DNA from: Rhodothermales bacterium | Lineage (GTDB): Bacteria > Bacteroidota > Rhodothermia > Rhodothermales > Bin80 | DNA length: 64,000 bases | Assembly: GCA_965218495.1 (NCBI GenBank) | Contig: OZ244626.1 | Location: 1,273,122-1,337,121, forward strand | Reading direction: 5' to 3' | In this document: positions 1 to 10,381 of the stretch, one piece after another | Position numbering within the stretch: the first letter of the stretch is position 1 | Layout of the letters: each line of letters starts with the position of its first letter | Position numbers and translations under genes: made by a program | Notes under the pieces: model-generated | Told to the model about the DNA's origin: nothing | Database searches by the model: none | The model's input: only the letters and a program-made list of their open reading frames with translations

Positions 1-207
1 GGTGGTCAATTGTTGCAGTATGTGCGTGCAGAGCTTCATCAGAAGCCGCCGCGAGTCACCGGAGGGATTGATCTGGGCGTCTGCAGGCGCCTCAGCCCTC
101 CCCATAACAGGCTGTGAGGGGTTCATATGATTGGAAAGGAATGGTGGAGACTAGGGTCCACCTCCACAGCAACTCTCCAATTCCCAACTTGAATTTGTGC
201 GATCCCG
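1..207 (-). mobile_element. IS256-like element, partial second copy (terminal ~207 bp entering the window)
   Basis: Bases 1-207 match 16805-17011 with two mismatches seen by eye. This covers the terminal inverted repeat and first 42 codons (ATG at 126, minus strand) of the upstream ORF of the complete element at 14345-17011. Homology stops at GATCCCG (201-207) in both copies. Confidence 0.85.
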
Positions 208-1067
208 GCTCTCGCCTGAGAAATACCAAACATCAGCCGGAGGAGGGTGCACGGTGCTCCAGCAATTCTGGCCACGCTACTGGCTTGCGGTAACGTGATC
301 CAAACGCGGGAATGCAATGACGTTACGAGATTCGGAGCAACGGTGCAGCGACTGACCGCGGCCTACGCAACGGCAAGCACGATCCGCAAAGGCAAGCATC
401 CGCGTCAAACTGCGGATACACAATCACCTCTGGTGGGGGTGAGCACACCTGTCCGTATCTGCCCAAAAAACGGCGCACTCGCAGCCTCAAATATACGCTA
501 ATGTAACATAAGGATAATTATGTTGCATTGATGACGGCCCTTGGCTACCACAAAACAAGAACACCTGCGCCCTCTCTTGTCTTGCCGCGGAAAACACAGT
601 GCAACGCAATGGCAGGCCCACCAGATTAGACATTACCGTGAGCTGTTAAAACCTGTGAGGGCGATTCGCAAACACGGGTCAGTAACCAAGACGGCCGCTG
701 TAGGCGCGCTACTCAAAGCTGCAATGCTCGTGCTCTCAGTGAGCACAGGGCTGCGAGTCACCGGGGTCTTGCACGAGATACCCATTGCGGCCTAGGCCCG
801 AAACACCCCCTCACGTTGATGCCGGCATACTCAACAGCGTGCCCGCGATAGCGCGGACACCAAACGCCACCGATTTGTGCCCCCTTGGAGATACTCCTTC
901 AATGAGCCAAGTCGCTGCGCTTCCTACGGTCGCGCGGGACGTCAGCGCGAATCAAAGCGCGAGTGCAGCGTGTGACGGCGTCTCCAACGACGCTGTTCGA
1001 CCCATCTGCGCCCCTGCTTGTATCAATTGCGGGCATGCTGGCGCTAAAACAATCTGCTGGGTACAGT

Positions 1068-1438
1068 TCAGCCGTTCGACAAGTCTAAATTGACTTGCCA
1101 ATTCACACCGAAACGATCCGTCAGAGCACCGAAATAGGCGCCCCAGAAAGTTTCCTGGATGGGCATTGTTACCGAGCCACCATCCGATAGCTTGCCAAAG
1201 ATGTCGTCCGCCTCTACCCGGCTTCCAGGTTGAATGGACAGCTAAAAATTGTTGCCAGTGACAGTCGGAGGACCGAAGCCATCCACGCTGTCGCTTCCCA
1301 TCAGAACGCTGGCACCTATCGGCAGTGAAACGTGCATTATGAGATCCTTCTGCTCTTCTGAAATGTTCATGTCAGCAGGGCCCTCTGCAAACGTGTTAAA
1401 GCTCTGGTACGTACCCTCAAAGCACGACCGATAAAATT
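1068..1438 (-). pseudogene. VOC/glyoxalase-fold (PhnB-like) protein, C-terminal part, disrupted
   Basis: Minus-strand frame reads ...EFYRSCFEGTYQSFNTFAEGPADM..IMHVSLPIGASVLMGSD..NNF*LSIQ..VTMPIQETFWGAYFGALTDRFGVNWQVN, a typical VOC/PhnB pattern. There is an in-frame TAG at 1242-1244, and the gene is cut at 1438 by the ISL3 insertion. Confidence 0.75.
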
Positions 1439-2844
1439 GGCTCTTCCCCTAATTAGATGGGTGCAGTGTTGTATTCAACGGGAAACGAAATGAGGTGATG
1501 CGGATTCATACCCGCTTCTTGCCTGTTTCAAGGCCATCATCACGATGGCGCACACGTTCTCTAACCCCAGCAACGATATGTCACAACTAAAGACTGATAT
1601 CGGTTGCCTCTTGGGCATCCAGACTCCCTGGAAGATTTCCGAGGTGACGTTTGCGCATGAGGCGCAAGAAGTCCGGATTCATGTAGCTTGCGAGGACGGC
1701 CATCAGCTGCCTTGTCCGGAGTGCGGCTTGGCGTGTCCGGGCTACGACCACCGTTCTCGGCAATGGCGTCACCTGGATTTGTGCGAGTATCGCACGATGG
1801 TGGTTGCGCAACTTCCCCGCGTGGAATGTCCGGAGCATGGAGTGCGCACCGTGTCGATTCCGTGGGCGGAACCTATGTCACGGTTCACTGCAGGGTTTGA
1901 GGCGCTGGTGATTGATTGGCTGCAGGAGGCGAGTGTGTCGGCGGTGTCCCGTCTGATGGGGGTGAGCTGGAATGCGATAGACGGGATCATGCAGCGCGCG
2001 GTGCAACGCGGCCTTGCGCGGAGGAAGGAACGGGATGTTGCCCATATTGGCGTGGATGAGACCTCTTTTCGCAAGCGTCATGCGTATGTCACCATTGTTT
2101 CGGATGCGAAGGCGGGAACGGTGCTGCATGTGGGCGAAGACCGTAAGAAAGAAACACTTACGCGTTGGTATGCTGGGCTCACTTTGGAGCAGCTGGAGGG
2201 CATCGAGAGTGTTAGCATGGACATGTGGCCGGCCTACATCAACGCCACGCTGGAGCATGTGCCAGAGGCGCAACGGAAGGTGGCCTTTGACAAATTCCAC
2301 GTAGTGAAATGTCTGGGAACTGCCGTGGACAAGGTTCGGCGCCAGGAGCACCGGGCATTGATGAAGGAAGGCTTGGAAGACCTCAAGGGAACCAAGTATG
2401 ATTGGTTGACTCACCCGGCCAACATGTCTGCTAAGCAGAAGGCGCGCTTCCAGCAGTTGCGTACCAGCACGTTGAAGACGGCCCGCGCGTGGGCTATCAA
2501 GGAAATGGCCCTGCAGTTGTGGCATTATGTCCACCGCACGTGGGCGCGCAAGGGTTGGGAGCGATGGTTGTCGTGGGCCATGCGGTGTCGGCTGGAACCG
2601 GTCAAGGCAGCCGCCAGAACCATCAAAACACACCTGTGGGGTATCCTCAATGCGATCATCCTGAAGGTGAGCAATGGCCCTGCGAAAGGCATCAACAGCC
2701 GGATCAAAACGATCAAAGTGCGCAGTAGGGGCTTCCGCAATAAACGGCGGTTTGCTAACGCCATTTACTTTCACCTCGGAGGCCTAGATCTATACCCCGA
2801 AAGCGTCCGCAAGTGAGTTTACCCACTAAAACAGGGGTAGAACC
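1439..2844 (+). mobile_element. ISL3-family insertion sequence (1406 bp)
   Basis: Imperfect ~28-bp terminal inverted repeats (GGCTCTTCCCCTAATTAGATGGGTGCAG vs reverse complement GGTTCTACCCCTGTTTTAGTGGGTAAAC). A perfect 8-bp direct repeat ATAAAATT lies at 1431-1438 and 2845-2852. The element carries one transposase ORF. Confidence 0.9.
1545..2816 (+). CDS. ISL3 family transposase
   Basis: 423 aa with an N-terminal Cys-rich zinc-finger region (CPECG...CPEHG), then IGVDETSFRKRHAYVTIV...SMDMWPAYI...KFHVVK, the characteristic ISL3 DDE layout. Confidence 0.95.
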   Translation: MAHTFSNPSNDMSQLKTDIGCLLGIQTPWKISEVTFAHEAQEVRIHVACEDGHQLPCPECGLACPGYDHRSRQWRHLDLCEYRTMVVAQLPRVECPEHGVRTVSIPWAEPMSRFTAGFEALVIDWLQEASVSAVSRLMGVSWNAIDGIMQRAVQRGLARRKERDVAHIGVDETSFRKRHAYVTIVSDAKAGTVLHVGEDRKKETLTRWYAGLTLEQLEGIESVSMDMWPAYINATLEHVPEAQRKVAFDKFHVVKCLGTAVDKVRRQEHRALMKEGLEDLKGTKYDWLTHPANMSAKQKARFQQLRTSTLKTARAWAIKEMALQLWHYVHRTWARKGWERWLSWAMRCRLEPVKAAARTIKTHLWGILNAIILKVSNGPAKGINSRIKTIKVRSRGFRNKRRFANAIYFHLGGLDLYPESVRK

Positions 2845-2905
2845 ATAAAATTCAAAAGGCTTCCCGGCAATTGCCCTTGAACGTAAGGTATGTGTCTATT
2901 CTCAT
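2845..2905 (-). pseudogene. VOC-family protein, N-terminal 17-20 codons left on the other side of the ISL3 insertion
   Basis: ATG at 2905 gives MRIDTYLTFKGNCREAF, a typical VOC/PhnB N-terminus. It rejoins EFYRSCFEG at 1438 once the IS and one target-repeat copy are removed, but a T4 run (A4 on the plus strand, 2854-2857) puts it one base out of frame. Confidence 0.7.
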
Positions 2906-3043
2906 GTGTGTCCTTTAAGCGAAGTGTCTGAGAGTATTGTGTAAGGCGTGCCGTATCAGTATCCAAGGTAGCGTGCGGCAACGCTGTTGTAATTTCCGAA
3001 TTCCACGCCCTGCCAGCCACCTACGACATGACGTACGCTGGCA

Positions 3044-3553
3044 TTACAACGCCGCGTGCTGCCACTGGTTCAGGCAGCGTACGATAGTATCCTCCAGCCA
3101 GACGTGGAATCGCGGCTTAACTGCGGCCACGGATTGCTTATAGTTGATCAGGAAGACTCTATCAGACAAAGGTATTGCCGATCCCATCTCCCGCTCGCGG
3201 TCGTCCGTTTCTACGCGCTGAAACCACGACACGGAGCAGGCTAGTACACCGTGCAATTCTCGTCCAATGCCGTGAAAGGCAAGCAATTCGGTTCAATTGG
3301 TGTTTCGCAGCACCAACCGCACCCAAGCGCGGTAGGAACTCGTGTTCGCATAGTAGTCCAGCGCCCGTGCAGTTTGGATGATCTGATACCGATAGAAATG
3401 GCTATGTTGGCTACGGTCGTCCGCGCCGCTAACATAGTAACTACCACTTTCAAGCAAGTCTGCCATTTCGCGCTTTAGATCGTTGACCACTTCATCCAAC
3501 TGATCTTCTGCCCGCCTATGCAGAGCTGGACCTGGCGGCCTCCCCTTCGGCAA
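3044..3553 (-). pseudogene. hypothetical ~169-codon frame downstream of fic, interrupted by one in-frame TGA
   Basis: ORFs 3293-3553 and 3044-3286 are in the same frame (both start coordinates are 1 mod 3). They are separated only by TGA at 3293-3295 plus two codons. No family was recognised. Confidence 0.3.
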
Positions 3554-3575
3554 CGAAAGAGTCCCGACGCTTTTG

Positions 3576-4487
3576 CTATTGTCGCCGCACTGACACGATT
3601 GATTCCGCTACGCGTCGCTCCTGCCGGACATCCTTGGCAATGCTCAAAGCACGAACGAAACAGTCATGCTGGATTCGGGTGAAGTGCTCAACCAGCGGCG
3701 CCAAATTGCCACAATCCGCAGTTTCCAGTGCGCCGATATATGCCGCCCGGTCCATGCTCCGTACCACCAGGGGGAACCAGCCGGCCTTAATAAACAACAG
3801 CGTCGCCTGTGAGCGCGCGACTCTTCCGTTGCCGTCCTGGAACGGGTGTATTTGCGTGAACCGGTGGTGCAGCCAAGCAGCCTCAACCTCGGGCGCAACG
3901 TCGCCGTGCTGGTGATGCATGCTGATCAGCCGCTCCATTTCCGAAGCGACATGCTCCGGCGGGCAGTGCTCGTGGATGGTACCATCCAGCCGCCGGGGAT
4001 TATTTGGCAGCACCTTGTATGCACCACGACAGAGTGGGACCGTTGTCTGCCGAGCGAGCGAGTCAATGCCCTCCACCGTCTCTTGATGCCTAGTTATCAG
4101 GGCGTGCAGCTCCTTTATGTAGCTCGTGGACAGCGACCGCTCTCCCTTAACGAAGTCGAACAAGCCATCAACAGCCGCCTCGTGATCGGTGATCATTGCA
4201 ACGACCACATCGGGGTTCGCGACGTGCTTGCGTCGAATCAGGTGCGCCTGGATCCCGTGCTCAATGAGCAATTGGATGATGCCACGGTCCAACGTATAAA
4301 GGCGCTCAATTAGTCCGGTGTCGATAGCCCACTCGCGCTTCAACTTCTCCTCGAACCGACTATAGGCTCCCTGATTGCGAGGCCGACGGCGCTGTTCTCG
4401 CCAGACCGAGGCCAAGGCGCCGAGCTCAGCCGTGGCCAGCTCCGCGTGCGAATGGTAATCTTCTATCGGCTTCCAAGCCTGAGACAT
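3576..4487 (-). CDS. Fic/DOC family protein (putative AMPylase)
   Basis: 303 aa carrying the canonical Fic active-site motif HPFQDGNGRVAR. Confidence 0.9.
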   Translation of the reverse strand: MSQAWKPIEDYHSHAELATAELGALASVWREQRRRPRNQGAYSRFEEKLKREWAIDTGLIERLYTLDRGIIQLLIEHGIQAHLIRRKHVANPDVVVAMITDHEAAVDGLFDFVKGERSLSTSYIKELHALITRHQETVEGIDSLARQTTVPLCRGAYKVLPNNPRRLDGTIHEHCPPEHVASEMERLISMHHQHGDVAPEVEAAWLHHRFTQIHPFQDGNGRVARSQATLLFIKAGWFPLVVRSMDRAAYIGALETADCGNLAPLVEHFTRIQHDCFVRALSIAKDVRQERRVAESIVSVRRQ

Positions 4488-5001
4488 GCCTGTCCTTCAC
4501 TAGCATTGTAGCAATGCAGGTTCCCCGACCTGTTTTCGAGCCTTGGGACATGCTGCAAGGGTATTACATCAGCTAAAGCTAGAATATGCACAACGCTATT
4601 ACTACACGCCACTGCAGCCGTTTTCCGACCACTCTCGCAACCGCGTGCCCCTTCTGCATGAGTTGAGTCCATGTGCCGGGTGCGTTGCTGGCTGGCTGGT
4701 TGGCAAACTTACTGAGTAGCGCTGTAGCTACGTCGACAAAAGCTGATCGGGTACGCCATTCATAGTACGCCCATGTCAACATATCCCAAGATGCCTCCGA
4801 ACCACCGCGACCACGGCACCACGTTCGATCAACCCAGCGCATGCTAAATGCATGCATGGTCCACACGTGGGTTGCTCTTGGGATCGGCAAGCGGAATTGC
4901 AATTTTATCAATCTTCACCATAGCGGGTCTCAATTCTGGGCGCACGCAGGAATCCTGGCCATATCTTGCTTTGTTGATTAACTTATGCATGCACAAGACG
5001 C

Positions 5002-5331
5002 ATGACCTCTGTCCCGGAAATTACCGTCCACGAGTTGAAAGCGCTTATGGATGCTGGCCAGACGCCTTTCATCCTGGATGTGAGGGAAGAGAAGGAGTAC
5101 AAGATCGCGAACCTCAACGGGCACCTTGTTCCTCTTAGGACTATCGTTAATCGCATGAGCGAGCTCGAACCATACAAAAACGATCTTATGGTCGTCCATT
5201 GTCGCAGTGGTGGTAGAGCTATACAGGCGGCTAGATTCCTGCAGGCTACCGGCTTTGCAAACGTAAAAAACTTGCGCGGCGGCACTCTCGCCTGGAGCAA
5301 AGAAATCGATCCGTCGATGCCCGTTTACTAG
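5002..5331 (+). CDS. single-domain rhodanese-like sulfurtransferase
   Basis: 109 aa with the active-site loop HCRSGGRA and the typical FILDVREEKEY ... NLRGGTLAW framework. Confidence 0.85.
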   Translation: MTSVPEITVHELKALMDAGQTPFILDVREEKEYKIANLNGHLVPLRTIVNRMSELEPYKNDLMVVHCRSGGRAIQAARFLQATGFANVKNLRGGTLAWSKEIDPSMPVY

Positions 5332-5461
5332 ACCTGTGGCACCTGGTCTAGCAGGCACTTTAGTTTTGATTATGAGGCAACATCGCCTCTGGCCCAACCA
5401 CTAAGGCTGTCCTTGCTCGTTTTGACCGCCTAGTTCGGGATTTCCCTAAGTTGATGAGGCA

Positions 5462-6406
5462 ATGCCCCGCCCGCTGTCAGATATGTGTAGGGCGCCCATC
5501 TTGGCGCTCGTTGGCCCAACGGCGGTCGGGAAGACGGCAATCAGCTTGAGAATCGCAGAGCGGCTCAATGCGGAAATCATCTCAGCCGACAGCCGCCAGG
5601 TCTACAAAGCGCTGACGATTGGTGTCGCCAAGCCATCTCCCCGTGAGCTTGGGCGTGTGCCCCATCACTTTGTTGGTGAACTTTGCCTCGAAGAAGGGTT
5701 CTCCGCTGGTGCATTTGCCGAAAGTGCCAACGCACGTATCAGTGGAATTGTACGTTCCGGGCGCACACCACTGATCGTCGGCGGCTCTACGCTTTACCTG
5801 CAGGCGCTGATCCACGGCCTTTCTCCCGTCCCACCGGCGGATGCGTCCACACGCATGGCGCTGGAAGCGCGGCTGAGCAGCGAAGGCAGCCTTGCTTTGT
5901 TTCAGGAATTGAAAACCATTGATCCCCAAAGCGCTGAGGCCCTTGACCCGACGAAGACCCAGCGGCTGATCCGTTCACTGGAAGTTTATTACCAAACTGG
6001 CAATACCCTCTCCTCCTACCTGGAGCGACGCACGCTTCCTCCCTACCGATACGACGTCAAAGTCCTAACCATGGACCGTGCCCGGCTCTACGAACGAATT
6101 GACAGGCGCGTAGACCGAATGCTTGAGGCTGGCCTCCTTGATGAAGTCCGCGGCCTGAAGGCACAAGGCTATGGGGCTACACTTCCGACCCTGCGGACAA
6201 TCGGCTACCAGGAAGCATTTGCCCATCTTGACGGCGAAATAGCCGAGACTGAAATGCTCCGCCTGATCAAGCGAAATACCCGCCGATACGCCAAGCGGCA
6301 ACTGACGTGGTTCAGGCGTTACGATGAGCAGCACTGGGTAGACATTGACGCCCCTAATATGACCCGTCTCGGCCGCTGGGGTGATGCCTTTAGCGGCGCA
6401 CTATAG
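5462..6406 (+). CDS. miaA: tRNA dimethylallyltransferase
   Basis: P-loop GPTAVGKT, then ISADSRQVYK..IGVAKPS and the C-terminal RRYAKRQLTWFR motif. The true start may be the internal Met at 5483. Confidence 0.93.
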   Translation: MPRPLSDMCRAPILALVGPTAVGKTAISLRIAERLNAEIISADSRQVYKALTIGVAKPSPRELGRVPHHFVGELCLEEGFSAGAFAESANARISGIVRSGRTPLIVGGSTLYLQALIHGLSPVPPADASTRMALEARLSSEGSLALFQELKTIDPQSAEALDPTKTQRLIRSLEVYYQTGNTLSSYLERRTLPPYRYDVKVLTMDRARLYERIDRRVDRMLEAGLLDEVRGLKAQGYGATLPTLRTIGYQEAFAHLDGEIAETEMLRLIKRNTRRYAKRQLTWFRRYDEQHWVDIDAPNMTRLGRWGDAFSGAL

Positions 6407-6493
6407 AGCGCATGCCGCTTCTGGGCCAGCGCACCTTGGCCGACCCGGGATCCAAGCGACTTCAGAGGCGAACTGCGACCAGACGCTGGCCCG

Positions 6494-7147
6494 CTAGAGC
6501 CTGCGAAACAGGTCTCGAAGCCTGAATTCCCACACCTTGAAGGCAGCTTCCCTGATGATGGCCTTGCTCATCTTGGACTGCCCTTCCGTGCGCTCGGTAA
6601 AGATGATTGGAATTTCCCTGAGGGTGAAGCCCTTGCGCCAGATGCGGAATTTCATCTCTATCAGAAATGAATACCCATTCGACTTTATGCGGCTGAAGTC
6701 AAGGCTCTCCAGCACGCGCCGGTGGTAACACAGAAATCCCGCCGTAACATCACGTACAGGCATACGCGTGATCACTCGGGTATAGATACCTGCAAAATAC
6801 GACAGCATCAGTCGCGACAGCGGCCAGTTGACAATTCGTACGCCGCCAATGTACCGAGACCCAATTGCCATGTCAGCCGTGCCGTCCCGGACCGGTTCCA
6901 CAAGACGCAGCAAGTCGTCCGGGTTGTGCGAGAGGTCGGCATCCATGCCACAGACGAATTCGTACTCTCCTCGCAGTGCATAGGCAAATCCTTTCAAATA
7001 GGCTGTGCCGAGTCCCAGTTTTTCCGCGCGCTCAATCATTGCAATGCGTCCGGGGTACGCTTCGGATAGCCCGTGAACAACCGCCGGTGTCCCATCCGGC
7101 GAACCGTCATCTACAACCAGCACATCCATGGCGCCCGGCTGCTGCAT
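6494..7147 (-). CDS. polyprenol-phosphate mannose synthase-like GT2 (Dpm1/Ppm1 family)
   Basis: VVDDGSPDGT...MDADLSHNPDD...GSRY motifs. The frame is open upstream to 7231 and there encodes the conserved LVIIPTYNEREN segment without any ATG/GTG/TTG (see finding). Confidence 0.85.
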   Translation of the reverse strand: MQQPGAMDVLVVDDGSPDGTPAVVHGLSEAYPGRIAMIERAEKLGLGTAYLKGFAYALRGEYEFVCGMDADLSHNPDDLLRLVEPVRDGTADMAIGSRYIGGVRIVNWPLSRLMLSYFAGIYTRVITRMPVRDVTAGFLCYHRRVLESLDFSRIKSNGYSFLIEMKFRIWRKGFTLREIPIIFTERTEGQSKMSKAIIREAAFKVWEFRLRDLFRRL

Positions 7148-7555
7148 GATCCGCTTGAGCGCGGTACCTACGTTCTCGCGCTCGTTATAGGTGGGGATAA
7201 TGACGAGAGTCCGTGAAATGAGGATAAGGGCTCAGTTCGAAAATATCCTGACACGCCTTTAACGTCCGAGCACGGGTTAGGCTCAGCATGCCAGCTCTGA
7301 TTGCCAAAGGTAGGGTGCACAGGTGACTTTTGGCTGCGCATGTGATCACCAGCCAGCCCGCGCAACGCTTTTCGCCCAGTCGAACACCGCGACGTCCCCT
7401 GCAGCGTAAAGCAGTCTTGGCCAAGGCAGTCCTGCGCAAACGCTGCGCCCTGTCGCTCACGCAATTCGGAAGCCCGCCGACCACTGGCGCCCGACAGGGA
7501 CCTTGCCGGCCTATGTGCGTACAACGCGCCCCGTGAAAGCGCCCTGCCCTCCTGT

Positions 7556-8490
7556 ATGCATCTCTCTGCCAAACGCGAAAGGATTTTCGTAACCGGACAC
7601 CGTGGGCTGTTGGTCTTGGCCGTTTTGCAAAGGCTAACGCACGACGGCTACGATATCCTTCACGTGCGAACTCGGCAAGAATTGGACTTGCACGATCAGA
7701 GCACACTGAACCGATTCTTTGATGCCGTACCCCCAGAAGACGTTGTGCTTGCCGCTGCACGGGTGGATAGCATCCTAGCGAATGACACCTATCCAACCGA
7801 CTCTATTGGGGGTAACCTGGCTATGCGAACGTGCGTCTTGCAGGCCGCGCAGAGAACAGGAGTCAAGCTCCTTCTTTTCTTGAGCAGCATGTGCGCTTAC
7901 GCGCGAGAGGCACCGCAACCACTAAAGGAGGACCATCTTTGCACATGGCCAGGAGAGCCCACCACTAGTACGCCGTGGCAAAGATCGAAGGCGCAAAGTA
8001 TTGCCAAGCAATGCGAGAGCAACAAGGACGCGATTTCTTGCTGCTGATGTCGGCGTATCTTTACGGACCGGGAGATAGTTTTGATCTGAAGGCCAGCCAC
8101 GTGCTGCCGGTGCTCTTGCGCAACGTGCAACAGGCAAAGTGCACCGGCGCACGACACTTTACGGTCTGGAGCACTGGCACGCCTCGACGCGAGTTCCTTT
8201 TCGGTAAAGACCTTGTAGGCGCTTGCCTGTTTGCTTTGCAGCAGCCCAAAGAGATGTTGTGTCAGGTTGCGCCAGATGGTCTCCTGAGCGTCGGCGTGGG
8301 ACATGATGTGGCCATTAGTGCGCTAGTCGATATTATTCAAGTTGTCGTGTGTACCATGTGCGCCGTACTGAATGATTCCTCAAAGCCTGACGGAACGCCT
8401 CGCAGACTAGTGGATGTCTCACGTAGACGCCACCTCGGATGGCGAGCGCCCGCCTCCCTGGAAGAAAGCATCAGCACAACCTTCGGCTGA
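7556..8490 (+). pseudogene. fcl: GDP-L-fucose synthase (GDP-4-keto-6-deoxymannose epimerase/reductase), frameshifted
   Basis: ORF 7556-8047 covers the N-terminal half (IFVTGHRG...NDTYP...EPT). ORF 7975-8490 in another frame covers the rest (YAVAKIEG...GTPRREFL...SKPDGTPRRLVD). The two are joined by 5 nt (ACTAG, 7964-7968) where a multiple of 3 is needed. Confidence 0.8.
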
Positions 8491-8510
8491 ATGCTCCAAA
8501 GCGATTTTGC

Positions 8511-9560
8511 ATGAAACGACCGGTTGCCCTTGTTACTGGCATCACTGGACAAGACGGCGCGTATCTGGCAGAACTCTTGCTGGACAAAGGCTACGTGGTG
8601 CACGGTATCAAGCGACGTGCGCGGCTGTTCAGCACCCAGCGCATTGACCACCTCTACCAAGAGCCCGCTGCGCAGGACGATAACTTTGTCCTGCACTTTG
8701 GTGACCTCACCGACTCCACGAACCTGATCCGCGTGGTGCAGGAAGTGCAGCCTGACGAGATCTACAACCTAGGGGCCCAAAGTCACGTCCATGTTAGCTT
8801 TGATACGCCGGAGTACACTGCCAACGCAGACGCCATTGGGGTTCTGCGCCTTTTGGAAGGTATCCGCATTCTCGGCCTGGCAGACTCCGTCCGTTTTTAC
8901 CAGGCATCCACAAGCGAGTTGTACGGCAATACCGCCACGAGCCCGCAAAACGAGCTTACCCCCTTTTGTCCTCGCAGTCCATACGGAGTTGCCAAGCTTT
9001 ATGCGTACTGGATCACGGTTAATTATCGCGAAGCGTACGGCTTTTTTGCCTGCAACGGCATCCTTTTCAACCACGAAAGCCCAATGCGCCGCGAGACATT
9101 TGTGACACGCAAGATCACGCGTGCGGCTGCACGTATCAAGCTGGGGCTGCAGAAATGTGTCTACTTAGGAAACTTGGATGCTTCACGCGATTGGGGTCAT
9201 GCCCGTGACTATGTCAAGGGGATGTGGCTGATGCTTCAACAGGATGCGCCAGACGACTTTGTGCTTGCCACCGGACAGGCCACCACCGTTCGCGCATTCT
9301 GCGACAGCGCCTTTGCTACATGTGGATTGGAATTGGAATGGCACGGCGAGGCGACCGGCGAACATGCCATCTGCAAGCAGACCGGGGAAACGGTTGTTGC
9401 AGTTAATGCGCGCTTCTATAGGCCAGCGGAATCCAATCTGCTGGTTGGCGACGCAAGCAAAGCGCGTACGGTTCTTGGCTGGGAGCCCCAGTACACGTTG
9501 GACGCAATGATTGAAGAGATGGTTGAAGCTGACCTTGAGGCTGCGGGTACTGACCGTTAG
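8511..9560 (+). CDS. gmd: GDP-mannose 4,6-dehydratase
   Basis: [36 protein letters not shown]... and [27 protein letters not shown] are classic Gmd blocks. The ATG at 8511 is chosen over the longer 8439 ORF. Confidence 0.93.
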   Translation: MKRPVALVTGITGQDGAYLAELLLDKGYVVHGIKRRARLFSTQRIDHLYQEPAAQDDNFVLHFGDLTDSTNLIRVVQEVQPDEIYNLGAQSHVHVSFDTPEYTANADAIGVLRLLEGIRILGLADSVRFYQASTSELYGNTATSPQNELTPFCPRSPYGVAKLYAYWITVNYREAYGFFACNGILFNHESPMRRETFVTRKITRAAARIKLGLQKCVYLGNLDASRDWGHARDYVKGMWLMLQQDAPDDFVLATGQATTVRAFCDSAFATCGLELEWHGEATGEHAICKQTGETVVAVNARFYRPAESNLLVGDASKARTVLGWEPQYTLDAMIEEMVEADLEAAGTDR

Positions 9561-10381
9561 GGCTGTTGCGTAACCACTGTATGGATACCTTCATATGACT
9601 CTCGCCCGCGCGACCTTAAAGACCTAACGGCCAGGAAATAGCCAGTCGCCGAGCGCTCTTGCGTGACATGCAGTTGTGCTTGGGGGATCGGTATGCAAAA
9701 TCCGCGTCAACGCTGAGCTGTACGCCGCGGCGACCTAAGTCACCAACAAACAGGTGAGGTTGCAGCTGATCATTCTAGATTGCTTTGGCCCACGGATGAC
9801 TTGTGCCGACCATATACGCAATCGGCGTAGCAACTACCAAATGGACCCGCATCGTAACAGATGACCCGCACCTGGGCCATAGTCATTCCGGCTGGTCGGC
9901 AGCCAGTACGTGCGGAATTCGGCGCAGTCTGCAGGCACTGCCGTTCGTGTCGCAAGGCAGTGTCAGATCTCTGGATCACTTCATTGCGTCACGTGAATTC
10001 ATACAGGACTGCTCGCCATTTTGAGACGGAATACGTTCGGGCTTAGAGCTGCATACCGCACTTGCAAATGATCCACGTCAACTAGGCTTGAGGTTGGCGC
10101 CATTTAAAATGAGTGAAGAGGGCGGCGAGATTTGAGGGGACCAGCGAGCAAAAACGAGCGGACTAGTTGGAACAGCGGCAAGTTTACTTCGCGATTGCGA
10201 GTGGCCTGAGTTGGACGCATACATTATTTCAGACACGCGTTGAGGACTGGCTGACGCACGCGCGACAATGCCTAGGAATTGCTTGTGGACAAAGTAAAGA
10301 CCAAAGGCGAGCCAGAATCCCACCCGTTCAGGTAGGCCCCGCAGGAAAGGCCGGAAATGTCCAGGGCTTGCCCTTTGGACA

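Noticed and set aside
4579-4911. 110-aa minus-strand ORF upstream of fic, and the 105-aa ORF 10078-10395 overlapping the end of the GT-C fusion gene, as small accessory genes.
   Set aside because: Neither has a recognisable motif, and composition is not clearly coding. They are left unannotated pending homology search.
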